Source: Pelotomaculum propionicicum (GTDB taxonomy: Bacteria > Bacillota > Desulfotomaculia > Desulfotomaculales > Pelotomaculaceae). From it: 32,000 nt of DNA. Position numbers and translations under genes: made by a program. Positions 8,797 through 15,367 of this stretch are shown piece after piece. The stretch spans positions 1,078-33,077 of the forward strand of contig NZ_JBMGJC010000002.1 in the NCBI RefSeq assembly GCF_048984525.1, read 5' to 3'. Positions within the stretch are counted from its first letter, which is position 1, and the number at the start of each line of letters is the position of its first letter. The notes beneath the pieces were generated by a model. That model saw only the letters and a list, made by a program, of their open reading frames with translations. It was not told the origin of the DNA and did not search any database.

Positions 8797-8960
8797 TAAC
8801 AGTGAGCAGGGGAAGTGTTCCCTGGAGATAGCTGCTTGGCTGGGACAATAGCCGGAGGATGAATTGGTGGAGAGTAGTACATATTAAAACAATGGCAAGA
8901 CAGTATTTTGGAGTACGGGGTGGAACTGGGAACAACGAGGCAGTCTCGTTTTAGTGTAGA
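8797..8960 (+). pseudogene. Ghost 2: decayed copy of the last ~160 nt of the activator gene
   Basis: ..gctgcttggctgggacaatagccggaggatgaattggtggagagtagtacatatt..ttttggagtacgggg.. aligns with 8536-8630 of the intact gene. It contains in-frame TAG and TAA. Confidence 0.55.
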
Positions 8961-8980
8961 TAAATTATAAAAAATTTTAT

Positions 8981-9062
8981 TCTGCACAGTGCCACAAAGG
9001 AGAAAAGTGGATTTAATATGATAGCAGGGAGCCATCCGATAGGAGGATGGTTATTTTTATTA
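8981..9062 (+). promoter_or_regulatory. Conserved box/promoter-like element, copy 3
   Basis: TCTGCACAGTGCCACA (8981-8996), 17 nt, TAATAT (9014-9019). Then hairpin CCATCC-gatagga-GGATGG (9032-9050) followed by TTATTTTTATT. Confidence 0.55.
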
Positions 9063-9070
9063 GAGTAATG

Positions 9071-9099
9071 ACAGAGCTGGGTTAAATGGCTCTGTTTTT
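9071..9099 (+). terminator. Terminator-like hairpin just downstream of element copy 3
   Basis: ACAGAGC-tgggttaaatg-GCTCTGT followed by TTTTTA. Confidence 0.45.
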
Positions 9100-9294
9100 A
9101 CTTGTTGAGGTGGTGCTGGCAAAATGATATAAGAAAGCAGCAATCTATATGGATCCTGGTGCGAATCAAATCTTCGTTAATATCCTGGATTAATAATGCC
9201 ACAGGCCTGTCGGTTACTTCTAACAGTGGAGATATTAAGATACAACGGCAGGCTACCGACTCAAAAATTTTAACTCTAGAAGGAGGGAAGACAA

Positions 9295-9669
9295 ATGCCG
9301 TTTACAACTGCAACAGCGAATAAGATTCTAGACAAGATCCTGCGCGGTGTTGATTTTACTCCAGCAACAAACCTCTATATAAGTCTCCATACTGCTGACA
9401 GTGGGGATAATGGGGCAAACGAAGTAACTGGTGGGAGCTATGCTCGTCAAGCTATTACCTTTAACGCTGCTAATAGCAAACATGCCGATAATCCGTCTCA
9501 AATTGAGTTTGCCGGAATGCCGGCCTGCACTATAACTCATGTCGGTCTTTGGAGTGCATCAACCCTAGGAGATTTCTGGTGGGGCGGAGACCTTACCGCA
9601 AGCAAGACTCTGAATGCAGGAGATACCTTACGGTTTCCAGCTGCGGATGTTGACGTTAATCTTGTATAG
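9295..9669 (+). CDS. Small phage structural-module protein, function unknown
   Basis: GAAGGAGGG RBS. At 124 aa, its pattern (..ILDKILRG...LYISLHTAD..G.NEV.GGSYARQ.I.F....) is one I have seen in phage virion/tail-fibre neighbourhoods but cannot name. Confidence 0.55.
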   Translation: MPFTTATANKILDKILRGVDFTPATNLYISLHTADSGDNGANEVTGGSYARQAITFNAANSKHADNPSQIEFAGMPACTITHVGLWSASTLGDFWWGGDLTASKTLNAGDTLRFPAADVDVNLV

Positions 9670-9704
9670 GACGATAAGACGTCCCCAATATAGGGGTGAG
9701 TTAA

Positions 9705-11051
9705 ATGCCAAGTCAATCGAAAAGTGCGGGCAGCGCAGTGAGCGATACAGGTGTCTCGCCTTATACAGACCAAGCATGGGTAAATCCTAGTTATATTACT
9801 GCCGATGACTCCAACTACGCATCTATAACATCAAACCAATTCGATATAGGTAAATATTCCCAAAGGATGTTTGCTTACAACTTTGGTTTTAGTATTCCAT
9901 TAAATGCCACTATAGAAGGTATACTAGTTGAGATCAAAAGATATTGTGGTTCTGGTAGTGTTGCAGATGATTATATCTACCTGAATTCAACCGGGGTGGT
10001 AGGAAATAACAAGAGCGCGGGTGCTTCTTGGCCAGGGATAGAACAGTATAATTCTTTCGGAGGAAGCACCGATCTCTGGGGCTGGTCAAACTCTTCTCCA
10101 AGTGCTGTAAATGCTAATAACTTCGGTGTTCATCTAGCCTGCCACGCTACATCTAACAACAGTGATATTTATGTAAACCATGTAAGAATTATAATTAATT
10201 ATACAGAAGAACCAATGGTTGTTACTGGTGCCGCAAGTCTTACAGGTCAAGGCAATGTTTCAGCACAGGGGTATGCACCAGTCATAGGCTCTTCTATAGA
10301 AATTGCAGGGCAGGGAGACTTATCATCTGGTAGTATTAAAGTCCGGCAAGGATCTGTAACAGTAGATGGTACAGGAGCTCTCAATGGAACAAGTAATCTA
10401 GTTAAAAACGGATTTGCGAATCTCGAAGGGCAAAGTTATCTTTCTGGAGACGGAATAGATATCGCGGAAGGTGAAATCCAGTTTTCCGGCCAGGGCGATA
10501 TTACCGGGACTGGAATTCACATCATTAATGTAATAGCTTATCTTGAGGGAATCAGTACCCTAGAGGGTTTTGGAAATCAGATATTAGTAGGTTATGCTCA
10601 AATAGACGGTTCAGGTAACTTACAGGCAACAAGTGAAATGGGGAATTTGGATATGACATCACTTTGGGAGATCCAGAATGCGATTTATACAATCTTAACA
10701 AACGACTTAATTCTAATGGGAAAAATCACAGGTGTTTTTGACAATGTTCCTAGCGGCCAGTCCTATCCATATGTAGTAATTGGTGAAGCTAAAGAAACGT
10801 CGGTAGATAACTTTGGCAAGCAGGGCCGGGAAGCGACAACCACATTACACATATGGAGCCAGGCTACCAGTTTTGAAGAACCACTCAGTATACTTGATGA
10901 TTTAAACCGGTTGCTCGATAGAGCAAACCTTAACCTCACCCGTTTTGTTACGATACGCTGTGGGTATGATTCAGCTGAAACCATTCGCGATCCTGACGGG
11001 ATAAGGCGACATATCCCGGCAAAATACAAAATATTAGTTGAGGAGGTATAA
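9705..11051 (+). CDS. Fusion protein: unknown beta-rich N-domain + Gly-rich repeats + C-terminal DUF3168-like tail-completion domain
   Basis: C-terminal ~130 aa (..GVFDNVPSGQSYPYVVIGE...TLHIWS...RDPDG..H..AKYKILVE) matches the DUF3168 tail-completion pattern. Residues ~171-315 are ~18-aa G-x-G repeats (LTGQGNVS, IAGQGDLS, FSGQGDIT, IDGSGNLQ). Confidence 0.65.
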   Translation: MPSQSKSAGSAVSDTGVSPYTDQAWVNPSYITADDSNYASITSNQFDIGKYSQRMFAYNFGFSIPLNATIEGILVEIKRYCGSGSVADDYIYLNSTGVVGNNKSAGASWPGIEQYNSFGGSTDLWGWSNSSPSAVNANNFGVHLACHATSNNSDIYVNHVRIIINYTEEPMVVTGAASLTGQGNVSAQGYAPVIGSSIEIAGQGDLSSGSIKVRQGSVTVDGTGALNGTSNLVKNGFANLEGQSYLSGDGIDIAEGEIQFSGQGDITGTGIHIINVIAYLEGISTLEGFGNQILVGYAQIDGSGNLQATSEMGNLDMTSLWEIQNAIYTILTNDLILMGKITGVFDNVPSGQSYPYVVIGEAKETSVDNFGKQGREATTTLHIWSQATSFEEPLSILDDLNRLLDRANLNLTRFVTIRCGYDSAETIRDPDGIRRHIPAKYKILVEEV

Positions 11052-11289
11052 CAAAATGTCAGCATTAGCCGATATAATGGGAAGGTTATGGTTGGCACAT
11101 ATACAGTGGCGGAAATTTCTATGAAGTATATGAGTTTATCTACAGTCTGAGCACCTTTAGGGGTGCTTACATATTAGAGATAAGCTAAGCTACAGGGGGT
11201 GGCTGGTTTAACGGTGTATCGGTAACATGCCTTCAGGCGGTTTGTGCTATATTTTCCCCGACAGCAAATGAAAATAATTACCTGAGGAG

Positions 11290-11400
11290 GGTGGCCAAGC
11301 AGGTTAGCGCTTTATAGCTTCTACCACGGTCAAGCCTAACTGGGGCAACCAGAAACTGTTATAAAAATATAACAACTTGGGCCGGAATAGGTAGGTTATT
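11290..11400 (+). pseudogene. Fragment of an xkdN-like tail chaperone gene in an ORF-free spacer
   Basis: 11324-11357 is 33/34 identical to 15019-15052 inside the intact xkdN-like gene. Weaker similarity covers 11300-11395 vs 15000-15090. Translation (ASTTVKPNWGNQKLL*) hits stops. Confidence 0.6.
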
Positions 11401-11679
11401 TGTTTGCGTCCTGCTTGCTGAAAACAGTCAACTCTATTGATGTGTTGTTCGACTGTCTGATTTAAAATCAGCCTCAAGACGACTGTTCGTCAAGGAAAAT
11501 TCTCAAACACGAATTGGACGTATAAATGCTATTTAGTGACTTTAGCAGCCATGGGCGGATATGAGATGTTCTCAGATCCGAGAGCACAAAAGCAAAAGTT
11601 GTGGTAGTTACATCTCCTCTATTAAGGGATGTATCATATGCTCGTTAAAAAGCTTAAGAATTTGTACTTAAAAAATTTT

Positions 11680-11752
11680 TCTGCACGGTGCCACATGAGG
11701 GAAAAAGCGACCCATAATGCTATTAAGGGAGACTCCACCAAGGCCTTGGTGT
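11680..11752 (+). promoter_or_regulatory. Conserved box/promoter-like element, copy 4 (immediately upstream of the main structural operon)
   Basis: TCTGCACGGTGCCACA (11680-11695), 17 nt, CATAAT (11713-11718). Then hairpin CACCAAGG/CCTTGGTG (11736-11751) with no U-tract after it. The 11834 start is about 80 nt downstream. Confidence 0.6.
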
Positions 11753-11833
11753 CTATAACTGTAAGGAAGGGTGGTGAGAAAAGGTATGGGGGGGAAACGT
11801 TGGAAGGAACCTTGAAAGGAAGGTTGAGATAAC

Positions 11834-12664
11834 ATGACTATAATGATTGCTAAAGAAATAGCACAATATTTACAAGCTATGGGGGAGGGAACGCTAAACA
11901 CAAATATTTTTGTGGATATACAACCAGACGCGCCAGACAACATCCCCTTCCTTACCGTTTACGACAAAGGTGGAGTCTCTCCTCAGGACCCGCCTGAAAA
12001 TTGGCGCGAGTTGTATATCCAGGGACGGAACATTGATCACCAGGATGGCTACGACCGTATCTGGCGCATATTAAACCTAATTTTACGTCCCACAGCTGGT
12101 TTTATAGAAGTTGGAACAAATAAATACACAGCCCAACTCCAAGAATTACCATCTATGTCAGGCCGGGATCTTCAAAACAGGTATTTGTTCGGATTTCGGG
12201 TAATCATTCGTAGTGTTAGCGATATTTCGACGGGTGATGAATGGCTTGACACACTTGCAAGTTGGACCGGGACAATATTAACGGGCTGGACGGTATATAA
12301 AGTTTGGCAGGGCAATAACAGGCCGTCCGTTACCTGGCGTTTGTCCACTGTGCAGGTGACGGAAAAGGCTAAAGCTGTGTTCGAGGTAAGAAAGAAGTAT
12401 ACCGGTGAGGTACTGGGCAATACAACATACGAATTGGTTTTCGGCACAACAAAGTTAGTTCAGGAATTGGGAAGTACTATTAAACTGACGCTGGACGCAT
12501 TAAACAAGCGGTACCTGACGGTCAGCACCCCGACAGCGGATTTGCGGGAAGATTCTTTGACTGCCGGGCAGGTATCCGTGGTTTTGAGCAGGCTGACGAG
12601 CAGACCGTCGGAAGAAGCACCGATTATGGCGGGAGTGCATCATAAAGGGATAATTATAAATTAG
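11834..12664 (+). CDS. Neck/tail-terminator-type protein (databases often label this family 'minor capsid protein') with an extra C-terminal half
   Basis: The N-terminal ~130 aa (IAKEIAQYLQAMGEGTLNTNIFVDIQPDAPDN..VYDKGG..) fits the family found just upstream of tail genes. Residues ~135-276 are additional. Confidence 0.5.
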   Translation: MTIMIAKEIAQYLQAMGEGTLNTNIFVDIQPDAPDNIPFLTVYDKGGVSPQDPPENWRELYIQGRNIDHQDGYDRIWRILNLILRPTAGFIEVGTNKYTAQLQELPSMSGRDLQNRYLFGFRVIIRSVSDISTGDEWLDTLASWTGTILTGWTVYKVWQGNNRPSVTWRLSTVQVTEKAKAVFEVRKKYTGEVLGNTTYELVFGTTKLVQELGSTIKLTLDALNKRYLTVSTPTADLREDSLTAGQVSVVLSRLTSRPSEEAPIMAGVHHKGIIIN

Positions 12665-12677
12665 CGAGGTGGTTAAA

Positions 12678-12881
12678 ATGGCTGGCAGAGGTAAAAAAAA
12701 TAATGTTGCAACCATAATTCCCGTATACCCCCGGGAAGAGCTTCTGGCCAAGTCAGAAGCTCTTTTTGGTGTAAAGCCGGAGGTTCTTCACGGGGCTCTG
12801 CACGGTGATGTCCGCGCGGAGTTTCCGTTGGAGGAAGTAAAAAGTATGATTAAATCATTTTTAAAAAGGAGGATTAGCTAA
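12678..12881 (+). CDS. Small conserved phage protein, function unknown
   Basis: GAGGTGG RBS 5 nt before ATG 12678 and a TAATG overlap with the sheath start. The ..ALFGVKPEVLHGAL....EFPLEEVKSMIKSFLKR pattern recurs in Firmicute phage morphogenesis modules. Confidence 0.5.
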   Translation: MAGRGKKNNVATIIPVYPREELLAKSEALFGVKPEVLHGALHGDVRAEFPLEEVKSMIKSFLKRRIS

Positions 12882-14347
12882 TGGCAGGAGGAAAATGGTC
12901 TCCCACTGAGCTGCCGGTATTACCAGGCTTCTATCTCAACTTTCAGGCGGCGGCCCTGGCCGCAATCAAGGCGGGTTCGCGGGGCACGGTGATTGCACCG
13001 GTGAAGGCGCACTGGGGCCCGGTGCGGCAGTTCGTTGAGGTGACAAGCGAAGCGGGCGCGACTGACGCCTATACCGCTGACGTGACAAACGGGGCTACCG
13101 CCTACAACACGCTAAGATTCGCCCTGCTGGGCGGGGCCAGCAAGATACTGGCCTACCGGCTGGCGGACAGCAATGCGGCGGCAGCCACGGTGACGCTGCA
13201 GGACACCAACGGGACGCCGGCGAACGTGCTGCGGCTGGACGCGAAATATCCCGGCGCGAGGGGCAATAGCTTTAAGGCGACGGTACAGGTGAACGCGTTG
13301 GACGGCAACAAGAAGGATATCTTGCTGTTCGAGGGGAGCGCACTTTTACGGACGTTCACATTCGACAGCGGAACCGTCCAGGCGGCGGTGGATACGGTGA
13401 ACGGAGATATAGGTAACAAGTGGGTAACGGCCACCAAGCTGGCGGATGGAACGGGTGTCCTCGCCAATGTGACCAATTCTCCCTTTACGGGGGGCAACTC
13501 GGGAATTGCAACGGTTATGTCTGACTACATCGACGCCCTGGCTGCGTTTGAAACGCAGGAGTTCAACCTGCTGACACTGGACGGAGTATATGATCCGGCC
13601 ATCCAAACCAGCGTGGTTTCCTGGGTGAGCCGGGTGCGTGACGAGGGTAAGGGCGTAATAGCTGTCCTAGGCGGTTCGGCAGCGGATGATACGGCCGCGG
13701 ACGCGGTGAACAAGGCGACTACGCGCAGCGTGGGCTTCAACCATGAGGGCGTGGTCAACGTGGGCACCGGCGTGGTGCTGAACGGCGTGAGTTACTCCAG
13801 CGCCCAGACGGCAGCCTACGTAGCCGGGCTGATTGCGGGGCAGAAGCTCAGCGAGTCGACGACCTACGCCGCTACTCCCTTTGACGACGTGACCAGGCGC
13901 TGGACCAAGAGCGAGATGGAGGAGGCGGTACTGAACGGGGTGTTTCTGCCTTTCCACGATGGACGCATGGTTAAGGTGCTGCGAGGGATGAACTCGCTGG
14001 TGACCCTTCGCCAGGGACAGAACAACAGTTGGAAGAAGATCCGCACAATCAGGGTGATGGACGCCGTCAATAGCGATTTGGTGAAAACGGCGGAGGATAA
14101 CTATATCGGCAAGGTGAACAACACCGAAGAAGGCCGCCTGGCGCTGATCGGGGCCTGCAAGCAGTACATGCTGACACTGGCCCAGGGGGGCGTGATCGAG
14201 GCGATTGACTACGACGTCTACGAGGACCCGGATTATTACGGTACTGGACATCCACTCACACCGGAGCCGGACCAGGTCTACTTGAAGTGGGAAGCCCGTC
14301 TGACCGATGTGATGGAACTGATCTTCAGCACATTTATAGTGAAATAG
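12881..14347 (+). CDS. xkdK: Contractile tail sheath protein (XkdK-like)
   Basis: 488 aa, GC-rich, directly upstream of the tube gene. The N-terminal ..PGFY.NF....A...GSRG.V..P and overall pattern are typical of PBSX/SPbeta-type sheaths. Confidence 0.85.
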   Translation: MAGGKWSPTELPVLPGFYLNFQAAALAAIKAGSRGTVIAPVKAHWGPVRQFVEVTSEAGATDAYTADVTNGATAYNTLRFALLGGASKILAYRLADSNAAAATVTLQDTNGTPANVLRLDAKYPGARGNSFKATVQVNALDGNKKDILLFEGSALLRTFTFDSGTVQAAVDTVNGDIGNKWVTATKLADGTGVLANVTNSPFTGGNSGIATVMSDYIDALAAFETQEFNLLTLDGVYDPAIQTSVVSWVSRVRDEGKGVIAVLGGSAADDTAADAVNKATTRSVGFNHEGVVNVGTGVVLNGVSYSSAQTAAYVAGLIAGQKLSESTTYAATPFDDVTRRWTKSEMEEAVLNGVFLPFHDGRMVKVLRGMNSLVTLRQGQNNSWKKIRTIRVMDAVNSDLVKTAEDNYIGKVNNTEEGRLALIGACKQYMLTLAQGGVIEAIDYDVYEDPDYYGTGHPLTPEPDQVYLKWEARLTDVMELIFSTFIVK

Positions 14348-14361
14348 GGAGGTGTGATTAA

Positions 14362-14772
14362 ATGGCTTTGGACGCAAGCAGGGCAATACTGGGTACCTAC
14401 GGGTACCTTTACATTGACGGTCAATGGCAGACCAACATAAACCATCTCGAAGCGACAGTGGAGATGGAGAAAAGGGAACTGCTGCTTTCGGGTGACGCCT
14501 GGAAGCGGCACAAAAAAGGCCCTATGAAAGGGACGGGCACCATGAGCGGTTTCAAGGTGACCAGCGAGATGTTACAGAGGGGCTTCGGCAAGTTCGAGAT
14601 CATCTCCAAGCTGGACGACCCGGAGTCCTACGGGCACGAACGGATCAGGCTGAAAAATGTGATGGTTGACGGACTGCCTCTGGCTAATTGGAAGGCCGGC
14701 GAAGAAGTGGTGGAGGAGATCAAATTCACCTTTGAGGAATACGAGCTGCTCGACCCGATTGTAGCCGGTTAG
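14362..14772 (+). CDS. xkdM: Tail tube protein (XkdM-like)
   Basis: 136 aa. GTYGYLYIDGQ....HLEATVE..K.E.....D.W..HK..G.KGTG.MSGFKVTSE is XkdM/DUF2001-like. Its position is immediately after the sheath. Confidence 0.85.
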   Translation: MALDASRAILGTYGYLYIDGQWQTNINHLEATVEMEKRELLLSGDAWKRHKKGPMKGTGTMSGFKVTSEMLQRGFGKFEIISKLDDPESYGHERIRLKNVMVDGLPLANWKAGEEVVEEIKFTFEEYELLDPIVAG

Positions 14773-14783
14773 GAGTGGAGACA

Positions 14784-15188
14784 GTGAGCTTTGAAAAAAT
14801 GACTGAAGATCAAATACTCCAGCGTCTTCTTGAAACTGATACTGTGCCGGAGCGGACGGTTGTAGTCCCAAGGCTGAATATTCCTGTGACTCTAAGAGGT
14901 CTTACCGGAAAACAGGTCTTCAGTATCAGAGAGCGCTGCTCCGAGAGGAATGAAAGACGGGGGCGTGTTACTGAGCGCCTGGATGAAGAACAGTTTAATG
15001 TTGCGCTGATAGCGACTGCCACGGTCAAGCCTGACTGGGGCAACCAGAAACTTATCAATAAATTCAACGCTTCGGGACCGGAGGAGGTTATCAAGCGCAT
15101 ACTTCTCGCGGGAGAACTTTCGGCGCTCAGCAACATAGTACTCGACCTGTCCGGCTTTAATATCAGTCTGGAAGACGTAAAAAACTGA
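14784..15188 (+). CDS. xkdN: Tail assembly chaperone (XkdN-like), zero-frame product
   Basis: Position between tube and TMP-slot gene. XkdN-like pattern (..VVVPRLNIPVTLRGLTGKQVFSIRERC..). AGGAG RBS 8 nt before GTG 14784; the track start at 14775 overlaps the RBS. Confidence 0.75.
   Translation: MSFEKMTEDQILQRLLETDTVPERTVVVPRLNIPVTLRGLTGKQVFSIRERCSERNERRGRVTERLDEEQFNVALIATATVKPDWGNQKLINKFNASGPEEVIKRILLAGELSALSNIVLDLSGFNISLEDVKN
15179..15185 (+). promoter_or_regulatory. -1 programmed ribosomal frameshift slippery heptamer A AAA AAC
   Basis: The zero frame reads GTA AAA AAC TGA, so the heptamer is in X XXY YYZ register one codon before the stop. The -1 frame stays open for a further 60 codons. 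Confidence 0.7.
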
Positions 15189-15367
15189 TTAGCTCCGGGG
15201 GACTGGCAGGGGCGCTGCACGCCATTTGGGTGCGGCACCACCTGCGCCCCGGAGAGTTCTGGCGGCTGTCCAGGGGAGAGCAGCTTTTTTTGCTTGCGAG
15301 TATTTCCCTGGAACTTGAGGCTGAGGTAAAGGCCAGGAAGGGGGTGCCACGACGTGGCCGGAGATAA
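15185..15367 (+). CDS. -1 frame extension of the XkdN-like chaperone (long isoform C-terminus)
   Basis: The -1 frame reads LISSGGLAGALHAIWVRHHLRPGEFWRLSRGEQLFLLASISLELEAEVKARKGVPRRGRR*. It ends at TAA 15365-15367, overlapping the next gene's start, as in G/GT-type chaperone pairs. Confidence 0.6.
   Translation: MISSGGLAGALHAIWVRHHLRPGEFWRLSRGEQLFLLASISLELEAEVKARKGVPRRGRR

Noticed and set aside
9102-9323. ORFs overlapping the leader/promoter elements (9102-9323 with a TTG start; also 11629-11832 across element copy 4).
   Set aside because: They have no RBS and run through conserved non-coding elements whose other copies carry stops in the same frame. The downstream genes have strong RBSs of their own.
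11324-11357. Possible diversity-generating retroelement template/variable repeat pair (11324-11357 vs 15019-15052). The single core mismatch is A in the non-coding copy and G in the coding copy.
   Set aside because: One substitution is not an adenine-specific pattern. The flanks diverge by indels and all base types. No reverse transcriptase or accessory gene is in the window. The supposed target is a chaperone core rather than a ligand-binding C-terminus. A pseudogene fragment explains it better.
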